DNA of 64,000 bases from Leucoraja ocellata. Taxonomy: Eukaryota. Each line of letters begins with the position of its first letter. Position 1 is the stretch's first letter. The stretch is taken from positions 4,588,001-4,652,000 of the forward strand of contig JAWMAR010000054.1 of NCBI GenBank assembly GCA_036785375.1. Reading direction: 5' to 3'. Shown piece by piece: positions 52,795 to 64,000 of the stretch. The notes beneath the pieces are model-generated. The model did not search any database. It saw only the letters and a list, made by a program, of their open reading frames with translations, and had not been told where the DNA came from. Made by a program: the position numbers and the translations under genes.

Positions 52795-53019
52795 TGTTGC
52801 AGGCGACAAACCATCCACGGATATCTATTATAAACCAACAAACTCCCTTAGATACCTCAACAATACCTCCTTCTATCCTCTCCTCTCAGTTTCTCTGTGT
52901 CCACCACATCTGTACCTAAGATGAGGCTCTTAACTCATGGACATCCAAAATGTCCTTCTTCATGTGGCATCCCTTCTGTCATAGTCTACATGCAATTCCT
53001 CCATTTCCCATAGCTCAAT
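52795..53019 (+). mobile_element. Penelope-like RT remnant (target of the hAT insertion)
   Basis: DKPSTDIYYKPTNSLRYLN, similar to the PLE STDIYYKPTDSHxYL motif. Confidence 0.6.
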
Positions 53020-53027
53020 GTTATGAC

Positions 53028-55175
53028 TAGAGCCAAGATTTTGACATAAATGCCATGTGCCTTTTCATGCCTTTTTTTGACGATTTCACCAGGGTAATGC
53101 CTTTTTCATGATCGAGTGCCTAAATCAGCCTTTTTTTTGCCATTTTGGGAAAAGGTTGTGCTATTTTCTCTAGTTGTGCTGTGATTACAATGACGTTTTC
53201 TATGTTAACACGTTAATATTAATGTTATTATTAACGTGTTAACATAGTATAACTTGCAAGAAAACTTCCCCCACCGGTGTGAAACCGGGGGCGCCACCAT
53301 TCATTCGTTCGTGCCGCTGCCCGCTGGATCAATCTTCTCCAAGATCTATTTAAGAAAGAACTGTAGATGCTGGAAAAATCGAACGTAGACAAAAAATGCT
53401 GGAGAAACTCAGCGGGTGAGGCAGCATCTATGGAGAGAAGGAATAGGTGACGTTTCGGGTCAAGACCCTTCTTCAGACTGATGCGGGGGCGGGAAAAAGA
53501 AAGGAAGAGGCGGAGACAGTAGGACTAGAAGGAGAGCTAGAAAGGGGAGGGGGAGGAGGGAGAAGAAAAGGGATATCTAAAATTAGAGGTCAATGTTGAC
53601 TACCCAAAGCTAGCCAATGTTGACTACCTTATACTAGAGGTGTAGACTACCCAAGCTTGGCTCCTCATTGCTGGCTCGTTGCAAATCTCAAATTCCAAGG
53701 CATTCATTGAAGCTGGAATTCCACTGTGGAAATCGGAAAACAAATCTCTGAGGTTTTTTTAGAGAAATACACAGAGGAACCTATACCAAGCGATTTAGAT
53801 AGAGCTCTAGGGGCTAGTGGAATCAAAGGATATGGGGAGAAGGCAGGCACAGGTTATTGATAGGGGACAATCAGCCATGATCACAATGAATGGTGGTGCT
53901 GGCTCGAAGGGCCAAATGGCTACCTCCTGCACCTATTTTCTATGTTTCTATTATTACGGAAAAATTATGTTGACAGCAACTTCAACATTGTTGTGTAGAA
54001 AATTAGAGATGAAGTTGCATGCAACAATATATGGATCTCAACAGACGAGACAACCGTTGCTGTGGGGAGTTATGTTGCCAATGTGGTCATCGGTACACTG
54101 GAGGCAGGTCAACCATCAAAGGAGTTGACATCGGAAGTATTGGACAAGTCAAACAGCTCAACTATTGCTTAGTTGTTTACATCTTCACTTGGTGTACTTT
54201 GGCCAGAAGGTATAAAACACAAGAATGTTCTTCTGTTTGTGACAAAGTTTTATTCCCCAAAATGTTGCATTTGACATGCTTAGCTCAACGACGTCATAGA
54301 ATTGTCACGCACATACGTAGCTCGTTTCCAAATGTCGATCGCCTAGTTTCCAATGCCAAGAAAATCTTCCGCAAAGCACCGTCACGTGTGCAGTTGTTCA
54401 AGGAAATGGCACCCGAGATTCCGCTACCTCCTCAGCCTGTTTTGACAAGGTGAGGTACATAGCTCTCTGCTGTACGCTACTATGCTGCAAATTTTGAAAA
54501 GATAAAATAAATCGTCAACTGTTTTGAAGAAGAAGAATCTGTTGCAGTCAGGATCGTCAGTGACATCATGCAGAAAAAGTCCCTCCACTGCGATCTTGTG
54601 TTTATTGCTTCCAATTTTGCAAACTTCCCACAAGCTATCACTTCCCTTGAGAAACGTGGCAAAACATTAGTGAATAACTTGCAGGTTTTCAACAAAGTAA
54701 CTGACGATACTCGTAAAGTTCCTGGCGATGAAGGTAACTACATACAAGGAAAATGTGAGAGTAATTTTAGCTAACAAAGATCTTGAAGAAATAGAAAACA
54801 TAGCTAAAGTTCTCAAAGGTAATTGTAATGCACAAGATATCAACGTGAATATAGAGTCTGTAGCTTGTTTCAGGTATGCACCAGTGACCTCAGCTGAGGT
54901 TGAAAGAAGTTTTTCACAACTGAAGCATATTCTGTCTGACAGACCAGATAATTTGGAAAATAATGCTAGTAATTATGTGCAACCAGACAACTTTGGTCAT
55001 TTAATGTAGTATACCTTTATATCATCATTTTTAACCATATTTTGGTGGTGGAAATAAATGCATTTTAATGTCTTTTTTGTCAATAAATGCCTTTTTTGTG
55101 CCTTTTTTGTAATTTTATTATGCCTTTTTGCCTGTCTATTTCAGAGTTTTTTAGTGCCTAAACATCCTGGCACTA
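53028..55175 (+). mobile_element. hAT DNA transposon (CGGBP/DUF659-like lineage), decayed, with nested insertions
   Basis: 8-bp TSD GTTATGAC at 53020-53027 and 55176-55183. TIRs TAGAGCCAAGAT / ATCCTGGCACTA. Transposase remnants LFPKMLHLTCLA, KKIFRKAPSRVQLFKEMAPEIPLPPQPVLTR and APVTSAEVERSFSQLKHILSDR. Confidence 0.9.
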
Positions 55176-55934
55176 GTTATGACCATTGATGTTTGTTTTT
55201 GTCTGCCACTCTTCTGTCCTCTATTGGATTGTATCTACTGTCAATCCTACTGAATCAACTATGTTCAATAGACAAGTCACTTTGTTCCCATCAGTTGGTA
55301 TCCCTACCCCCCCCATACATCTCCCTTGATTAGGACCTTTCCCAGGGACATGGTATGATGCATTTCTTATTCTCTAATGTCCTTTTCCCTTGCTGCCCAT
55401 CCTTCTATGGCAAAATGTTGTTTTAAATTCAGTTAGTGTGGCGAGCACAATTTTCTGCATATCTTTCTCTATTGGACCTCTTTCAACCTTTGCTTGGATT
55501 ATAGTTTGCAGACTTTGGACAGACAGGGCATAAATTAACACTCCACTCCACTGCGAGTTCAGCGCCAAATATGTAGTGATGTGTAGGATCTGCTTTCCTC
55601 CCATAAGACTCTTCCCAACATGCTGCAGGTCTAAAACATCGTCAGTATGCATGTCAGTATTAATACTATGTTCAAGTACTATAGTACTATGACCTTGACT
55701 CAGCCACAGAACACTAGGCAGAGCTCTAGCCAGAATATTTCTGTGGTGTATAAAAGCCCCAAATATTGTTTTCCAATGTCAGTTTTAGTTGCTGCTGGGC
55801 CGCCCCCTTGTCTTGTCCCTGTCCAGAGGTGTCCGGTGGCCCTGGGCTAGCGGGGCTGCCCCGGACTTGCAGCCGCTCGGCTCTGCCTATCCCGCCGGGT
55901 TGGCCGGCAGCCCTCCACCTCCACCCCCCTCCCC

Positions 55935-56760
55935 TCAGTCAGACACCGAGATCCTGCTGAAGATGGGCAGCCGCCGGCCCAGCTCAAAGACGGGCGACTA
56001 GGAGCCGCTGCTGCTGGAGTCTGGGCTCCTGCCGGCCATGGGCAGGCCGAGCGCCCACTGGAGCTGCTGGTGCTGTTGATGGTGCTGGCGGCAGCAGCAA
56101 CCTCCTCCCCCTCCCTTGCCCAGCCCTAAGTCCAGAGTCTGGGCCAGCCTCCAACTCCAGGTCGGCCCAATCGAGCACCCCGCCTGTGAAGGCCGAGCCC
56201 AGGCTGGTGCTCTGGCACAGGTGAGGCTGGGGCCCGCGCTTCTCCTAGGGGTTGTGGATGAAGTAGCAGTGGGTACCGTAGGGTCAGAAGCTGTTGGTGT
56301 GCAAGGTACAGCTTGTACTTGGGGTGGCGGCTGAGGGAGCGCAGCTCGGCCAGGCCGTGGGTGAACTGGCACTTGTCGCCGTAGCGGCCCATCGGGGGAC
56401 GGGTTCCTCTGGAGTTGGAGTGGGCCTGGGCTGGAGTTGGTGCTGGCTGTGGGTCCGTGGGTTCTGTGGGCCTGGGGCCGCTGGTGTTGTCGGTCGGTTG
56501 GCCCGGCGGGAGAGGTGGAGGTGAGCTGGTGTTGGTGCTTCTCCGCGCTGGTGGTGGGCCTGGGGGCCGGTGTCCCGTCGGTCCAGACTTCTCTGGTCGT
56601 CCCCCAAGCAGGGATGGGACACTCGAGTGGGGACGGAACGGAAGACCGGGCACGGTCCAGTGGCGGTTTGGCAGCGCTTGCGGCACCGGGGACACGGGTT
56701 TGATCCTGGCTGCGGATGAGGCGCGGTTCTGTGCGCATCAGATGCCGAGAGCCGGTCCAG
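55935..56760 (-). pseudogene. ZFP36/tristetraprolin-family (tandem CCCH) pseudogene
   Basis: RYGDKCQFTHGLAELRSLSRHPKYK (end of finger 1 and linker) with a frameshifted finger 2 (..CxYG..C.FIHN). C-terminal SSSGS*SPVFELGRRLPIFSRISVSD* matches the CNOT1-binding motif. GC-rich island. Confidence 0.88.
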
Positions 56761-59700
56761 TCTTCCTGTGAGTTAATGATAAAATGGGTCAAGAAATGGC
56801 TTTAAGGATGAGAAGACCACTCTTATGGTTTCAGTGCTTGATTTAATCAAGGCTACATGGCTGTCAGAATACAGGCCACCATTATATGCTTCATGGTGCT
56901 TAGGATGAGCAGATGTTCCTGTTCCCTTTCATCAAGCCTCGCTACCTCTGCTTGTATGCTTGTCAGTGAGTATTTTGTTATTTTTTAGTGTGATGTACTG
57001 CATTGGTTGAATAACGTGAGATATTGGTGCAAGGCTTGCAAAAGTGATGAATGTACCATTGTGAGGCAAATTGTATGAATGTTAATTATGAATGTCAATT
57101 AAATTGTAGGTGAGCAACGGCATGGACTAGTAGGGCCGAGATGGCCTGTTTCCGTGCTGTAATTGTTATATGGTTATATGGTTAATGGAAGTGCGGTACA
57201 TTGAGCACTGGCTCAGGCTTGTAGTGCAGTTGACAATAGCATTTTAAGATGCATCCACTTACCTTGATAGTGCTGGAAGGCCACTGAACTTCTTGTGTTA
57301 CTGCATTTGCAAAAGATAATGAAACTGTTAGAAACAGACAGATACACCAGGTTAATTTAATTTGAATCTCTTTACTTTCTTTATTCCATTGTCTGATATG
57401 CTGATGTCATAATAAATTATTGCTTGTTTTGCAGCTGCTATAGAAAATATGTTCTTGTAATAAAACAAATTGGCATCATATGAAATTCTTGCAAGTTATA
57501 AATAAGAGAGAGGTATAATTCTGGAATCAAAAGCTGGCATAACACCCGTTAGAAAGAAAATCATCAGATTTCCCCGTGACCTCTAAATAAAATAAATCAA
57601 ATGTCCTTCTCTGGTTCAACCAATATGTGAATTGAGAAGTACATTGTAAATGACTCTTAGTTATCATCTGAAATAGCCTGGCAAGCCACTCAGTTGAACA
57701 AAACTATGTACATGAGGGAAAATAAAAATAAAACCATTGGCTTATGCACTAGCTCTGACAAAAGCAGACACTCTGTGCAGTGAAGCCTGCAAAGATTTCC
57801 TCACTAATATCTGTGGACTCCTTGCGTTAAAGTTGGGAAAACAGCCCCAATAGTAAAATTACAGCCTTATTCATAAGAATAAGAATCAGTAATCTCTGTT
57901 GCATTTGTCACTCTTATGTTTTTATTAGCTGGCACCTACATCTTTTAAAAGATGGTCAAACTGAACAAATAACTTTTATTTTAACATTTATCTCTCCAGT
58001 GGAAACAAATACACTAAGATAGACACAAAAAGCTGGAGTAACTCAGCGGATCAGACAGCATCTGTGAAGAAAAGGAACAAGTGACTGTTCAGGTCGAGAC
58101 TCTTCAGACACACTCTAAAACACACAAAATACACTCTTTGGATTCTTCATTTCTACCAGAGAACATTCTTGCAAGAAGCACCAAATAATGGGCATTGCAT
58201 TTAAATTCACTCAATTGTAAATGAGAAAATAATTGCAGGTTTGAATTGAAATTTGAAAGAGGACAAAAGTGTGTTTAAGTGAAAAACTATACCATCAAGC
58301 TGGCCAGAATGGCCACATTTTTTGTATTATCATTTTGTGATTTTAAAGTTTATAACTCAGCATATCCCTCACCCTTTTGCCAGCATCCATTGGTCAGTGG
58401 ATTAACCTTGGTTCAAAGAGAAGAGGAAATTGTGCATTGAAAAAGTACCATGTGCTGTTAAAAGGTGATGTAGCAACCAGGTAAAGCTGCAGCATAACAC
58501 TACCAACATGCTAAGAGGAATCTCCACAGACTCTATTTAGAGCCAAGTGATCCTATAATCAAATGATCAGATTAAGCACCTCTCGCCTTGCCTTGTCACG
58601 TGGTAAGGATCCGTGAACATCTCTACTCAAAACAATGACAGAGCCCAGTATGTGTGCAGAAATAAGAATGAAGCATTATGAACATCTGCAGCCACAATTG
58701 ACTACTTGATGATCTATCTTGAACTTTTCCTGAGATCATTAGTGTTGTTATTTTGTCGTTACATTATTTTTATGTTACTATATTTCAATTTCCTTTTATG
58801 AATGTGTGCATTTCTCTGTGAATTACACATTGTGTATAATTTTAAGCATATTGGAAATAACGTTAAACGTATTGGGAATAACATTTAAGAAAAGTAGCCA
58901 TGTTTACCTCATACTCCTTAATAAATCAGTGTCATTATCTACAAGTATAAAGGTTAAAAAAGTCTGAGTTTACATTGACAACGAGGATAAACAATTGGAA
59001 ACAAATGTTCATTAGTAAAAATGAACTTTAAAAAATTCATAATTTAGGAAATCTGTAGCACCATTACAGTTCTTATGTTTCAAATAGGAATCAGCCTTAC
59101 AGCTATTTAACCCTCAACTTTCAATGTGTATAATACATTTTCACAGTCAATCTATTTAAAATGAAGCTGCATAAGCTAACTAACATTCAAAATATGGTTA
59201 GGTATGCTCTTACATTCAGACTGACAAGCTGCATTAACGTACTGTAAGGATGGCAAAATCCATTATTAACCTATGCCAGTCAAAATATATCTTGAGCTAT
59301 TGTCTTTCAATCCTTTCCACTGGAAAAAGTGAGTTTGCATGTATCGAGGGTCAATAATAGGATTTGCAAACACAGATAACATAAGGAACAAAACACACCT
59401 GCTATTTTTTTCTGGTGAAGAACAACAGGATGTTAATGAAACTTGATGACCTACAACAAAGGATCAAAAATAACACTAATCACATACTTCACTTCAAAGC
59501 AAAAGAAAAAATTGATCAATATCGTAGCGTCAAAATAACGCAATGAAAGGTGATTTTATGATCTTGAGTAAAAGCTGAAAAAATAGATTATTGAAGGGTA
59601 CGTATCAAAGTAAATTTACGGGAAAGCCTTTGATTAGGACATCAAACTGTCCGACTAGCTTGAATCGTGAGATCATTGTCATATCCAGAGTTTAGAGCAT

Positions 59701-59963
59701 TTGAAGGAAAGGCCACAATATGTGATGGGAAGAATCCATGGGAAATAAACACCAGGAGAGAAAATGAAACTCAAAACCATCAACAGAGAAAACTGCTAGC
59801 ATCAGTGAGTCAAGCCAAAGTCAAAACAGGGATACTATAGTGGTGGCAGCTACCTTTACAAAGCAAAATGTTCGATAAAATGAAACCAGTATAATTAAGA
59901 AAACTAGGTATTTCATGGAAGTTTGTTGTTCTGCATACCCAGTATCAGAACTTTATCAAAATA

Positions 59964-61242
59964 CTAGACTAAGTGGGACCCGTTGGGTCCCAGCATCACA
60001 CGGCAGGGCTGGTCCGCCAACGCAATATTCCATCTCTCCACCAATTTCAATATTGGTGGCCAGTGGGGAGTGGAGGGCGGCTTTCTGGAGCACTAGTATG
60101 TGTGTTGTGGGCTGAAGGGACTCGTTTCCAGAGGACTAGTATGGACATATTGTGGGCCAAATGGATTCTTGGGCTGGCGGCTCAGTCACTCAAGCCTGTT
60201 GTGCTGGCAGCTCACTCATTCACGGCTGGTGGACTGGCAGTTGACTCACGGCTATTCCTTGAAATTCCATTTCAAGCAGGTGCAAGGCCACTAAAGACAG
60301 CGAGCCGTGACCTCTCCCTCCTCCATCTTACAGAGACTGAGCCACGCCCACACTTCTGGGTTTTATAGTCCTCCCCCCCTCCCACCAGAAGGGGCGTGGC
60401 CTTCATGGTGTGATTGACAGGAGAGAGAAGCTCACCATTTTTAAAACACTAACAACTATTTTATTTTTTATCGATGGGAAAAATCCTCAGTACCCGATGA
60501 GCGGAGGGGGACTCTTAGTAAGATGGCCAAAGATCACAGCCGTACGTGGTAGCGCTTTTTCTAAAATCAATATAAAGCGCAAACAGGAAGTGGTCAAGAT
60601 TAGACTTTTAATTATATGGCAGGCAAGGCAACTTTAATTAGGCAAGGCAACTTTAATTATGCAAGGCAACTTTAATTAGGCAAGGCAAAGGCAAGGCAAC
60701 TTTAATTAGGCAACACAGCTTTAGCATTTCCAAACCAAAGGCAACACAGCTTTAGCATTTCCAAACCAAAGGCAACACAGCTTTAGCATTTCCAAACCAA
60801 AGGCAACACAGCTTTAGCATTTCCAAACCAAAGGCAACACAGCTTTAGCATTTCCAAACGATATTTTCATTAAGGGCACTGACAGGTCAGTAAAACCACT
60901 CACAGTTTAGTAGACATGCGTTCAGTGTTATTCACAGCTCAGACTGAGAGATGTGACCCTCTCACTCCCCCATCTTGCAGAGACTGACTGAGGCACTCAA
61001 CACCTCCGGGTTTTATAGTCCCTCCGGAAGGGGCGTGACCTTCAGGAGAGAGAATCTCAACATTTTTTAAACACTAATAACTCTTTTATTTTTCATCAAT
61101 GGGAAATACCCTTTTGTCCTGCGCAGAGGAAGGGAACTGAGTAAGATGGCCAAAAATCACAAATGTAAGTGGCAGCGTTTAAAAAAAAATCAATATACAG
61201 AACACCAGGAAGTGGTCAAGATCAGACTTTTAGTAATATAGA
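59964..61242 (-). mobile_element. Non-autonomous Helitron
   Basis: On the minus strand it reads A|TCTATATTACTAAAAG ... CTAG|T. Subterminal hairpin GGGACCCGTTGGGTCCC at 59975-59991. No TSD. Confidence 0.85.
60622..60858. repeat. Minisatellites inside the Helitron
   Basis: About 4 copies of ggcaaggcaactttaatta (19 bp) and about 5 copies of ggcaacacagctttagcatttccaaaccaaa (31 bp). Confidence 0.9.
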
Positions 61243-61275
61243 TGTAGCTAGTATAAAAACTTATACAGAGATCAA

Positions 61276-62138
61276 CAGCATCTATGGAGCGAAGGAATGG
61301 GTGACGTTTCGGGTCGAGACCCTTCTTTAGACTGATGAGGGGATGGGAAGAAGAAAGGAAGATGCGGATAAAGTGGGCTGTGGGAGAGCTGGGAAGGGGA
61401 GGGGAAAGAGGAGGAAAGCAAGGACTACCTGAAATTGGAGAAGTCGGATTTGGAATGGGAGGGGGAGTTGAAATGCTGAGCCACCAGGAGATCCTTAACT
61501 CCCTGGTCAATTCGTCCCTTCCCACCCAAACCACCCCCTCCCCTGGTACTTTCCATTGCAACCGCAGGAAATGCTACACTTGTTGTTTTACCTCCCCCCT
61601 TGACTCCATCCAAGGAAGTAAGCTTGTCTTTACAGGTGAGGCTGCACCTCCTCCAACCTCATCTATTGCATCCGCTGCTCTAGGTGTCAGCTGCTCTGCA
61701 TCAGTGAGACCAAGCGTAGGCTTGGCGATCGCTTCGCCAAACACCTCCACTCAGTTCGCAATAACCAACCTGATCTCCCGGTGGCTCAGCACTTCAATTC
61801 CCCCTCCCATTCCGAAACCGACCTTTATGTCCTGGGCCTCCTCCATGGCCAGAGTAAGTCCCACCGTAAATTGGAGGAGCAGCACCTCATATTTCGCTTG
61901 GGTAGTTTACACCCCAGCGGTATGAACATTGCCTTCTCCAATTTCAGGTAGTCCTTGCTTTCTCCCTCTTTCCCCTCCCCTTCCCAGCTCTCCCACAGCC
62001 CACTTTCTCTGCCTCTACCTTTCTTCTTCCCGTCCCCCTCATCAGTCTGAAGAAGGGTCTCGACCCAAAATGTCACCCATTCCTTCGCTCCAGAGATGCT
62101 GCCTCACCCGCTGAGTTTCTCCAGCATTTTTGTCTACT
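61276..62138 (+). mobile_element. Penelope-like element 3' end: GIY-YIG remnant flanked by inverted pLTRs
   Basis: FHCNRRKCYTC, CTSSNLIYCIRCSRCQLL..ETKRRLGDRFA.H, FRLGSLHPSGMN. 61276-61490 is an inverted copy of the 3' segment. Hammerhead-like cores at 61305-61332 (-) and 62046-62075 (+). Confidence 0.88.
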
Positions 62139-62139
62139 A

Positions 62140-62810
62140 TCTATCTTGTCTATATCTCTCATAATTGTATACATTTCTATCAGGTTTTCACTCAACCTCT
62201 GACATTCCTGTTAAAATAATCCAACCTATCCTTACATCTGTTCGGAGCACCAATCCCTGCAGAACACTACTGGTCATAGACCTCCAGTCGGAATAACATC
62301 TGTCCACCAATATCCTCTGTCTTCTCTGGTCAAGCCAGTTCTGATTCCAAACTACCAAGTCATCGTGAATCCAATGCATCTGAATCTTCTGGATCAGCCT
62401 ACCATGTGGCAAATGCCTCACTAAGATCTATGTAGATCATTTCCACTGTCCTACCTTCAACAATCACTTTTGTCACTTTCTCAAAAAACGAATTGTTCTA
62501 ATTATCCTAATCTCGTCCAAATGCGAGTAATTTTACCCAAAATAATCATTCCAATAGCTTCCCTACCACTGATGCGAGGCACTGACCAATCATTTCTTGA
62601 ATTATCTCCTCACTCCATCTTAATCAAAGGAACAAAATTGGCCATTCTCCAGTCCTCCAGTCCCTCACCTGTGGCCAGGGCAGTTACAATGATATTCTTC
62701 AAGACTTTGGTAATTTTCTCTCTTGCCTCTCTCAATAACCTGGAAGAACCCACCAAGTCATGGGGAATTATCTACCTTTATGGTTTTTCATGAGCCCCAA
62801 ACTTTCCTTG
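62140..62810 (-). mobile_element. Degraded CR1 fragment
   Basis: PHGRLIQKI..WLDQRRQRILVD..SVLQGLVL. Confidence 0.7.
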
Positions 62811-63089
62811 ATATGGAAAAGATTAGAAATCAGCAACCAGGTGTGCTGATTCCTCCAATGAGTAGAGGTTAATGGATTATGTTGCTCACAAACTGATATT
62901 CAAAACCATGAAGAACACTCCTGCATCATATTCAGTAAATAATTAATGTCACACTTGCCATTGAGGCTCTTTCCCACGAAGAGATTTGTTAATTTATTAA
63001 GTGGATATGGGAGACAACGTTGATGAGGAAAGAGTGTATGAGTGTATAAGACATGTATAATAATTTATGATTGATTATTTGCAAACAGG

Positions 63090-63330
63090 GTCATACAGCA
63101 TGGAAACAGGTCATTCAGCCCCACTTGCCCATGCTGACCAAGATGCTTCATCTACGCTAGTCCCATCTGCCGGCATTTGGCACGTATTCCTCTAAACCTT
63201 TCCTATCCATGTATCTCTCAAAATGTATTTTAAATGTTGTTGCAGTAGCTGCCTGAACTACCTCTGGAAGCTCGTTCCATATACCCACCATCCTCTGTGT
63301 GAAAAAGTTGCCCTTCAGGTTCCTTTTAAA
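63090..63330 (-). mobile_element. CR1 3' end
   Basis: Homologous to 11820-12060. Confidence 0.75.
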
Positions 63331-64000
63331 GTGCTTAATTTTTATGTGCTTTTATTTTATTGTACTGTATTTGAAAACATTGCAGCTATTCTTCAAAGTT
63401 GAACCAAGTTATTTATTTAAGTTGTGATTTTAGATGAGCCTACACTCTCTCCAGCCATCCTTTAATTAATTTGTAAGTTAGATGCATCATAATATTAGTA
63501 CATTTGGTCATATGCTCATTAAAGGGTTAAAGTTGCTAATAGTTTTCTGTGAAATATTTCCTGGAAACTCTTATAATGACCTTTTCCACTGAAAAGTTCT
63601 TGTGATATAAAACAGTTTTTTAAAAACATTCATGTCATATGAAATAATCAAACATAACATATCTTCACAAAAGCAACAAAGGTTTGACAAAACGTAATCA
63701 ATCCGACAGATTATCTCTGTTCCTCTCTGATCCTTTCTCCAGATATTGCCTGGCTTGTTGAGCATTTCTGTCATTTTTCCTTTATATCAAGTCAAGTCAA
63801 GTTTATTCGTCACATACACATACGAGATGTGCAGTGAAATGAAAAGTGGCAATGCTTTTTGATTGTGCAAAAAAACAAACAAACAAACGACAGAATGGAA
63901 CAGAATCACATATTCACATACTTGTGGGAGATGTGGGAGGAAAGAAAAAGGAAAAAAACAGCAATTTTAAAAAAAACACCGTAAAATGGTACAGTAAAGT

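Noticed and set aside
55998-56792. 264-aa and other long overlapping ORFs
   Set aside because: Alternative frames of the GC-rich ZFP36-family pseudogene; their length reflects low stop frequency.
60709-60858. 31-bp direct repeats resembling a CRISPR array
   Set aside because: Head-to-tail with no unique spacers, eukaryotic context, no cas genes. It is a minisatellite.

Overview
Repeat-rich vertebrate genomic DNA, most likely from a cartilaginous fish such as a skate or ray. That assignment is an inference from the CR1 LINE, HE1/V-SINE-like, Rex1/Babar and Penelope repeat mix. The main element is a 6.47-kb endogenous retrovirus on the minus strand (3380-9849). It has two near-identical ~0.79-kb LTRs and a 4-bp TSD (CTTC), and it is inserted into a Rex1/Babar LINE. 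Its layout is gag, a single UGA, then pro, an extra 2H-phosphoesterase-like domain (two HxT-type motifs) directly after the protease, a deletion removing RT, RNase H and the integrase core, the integrase C-terminal tail, and a gamma-type env. Other contents: a Tc1 with a nested non-autonomous DNA transposon; a degraded hAT with an 8-bp TSD; non-autonomous Helitrons; a Harbinger-like MITE; Penelope GIY-YIG fragments whose terminal repeats carry a hammerhead-ribozyme core; a tRNA-Gly(GCC) gene abutting a CR1 3' end; a ZFP36-family pseudogene; and a candidate first coding exon of an unidentified host gene (22550-22707, minus). Most ORFs in the track are TE fragments or spurious. All calls come from reading the sequence by eye, and degraded-repeat boundaries are approximate.
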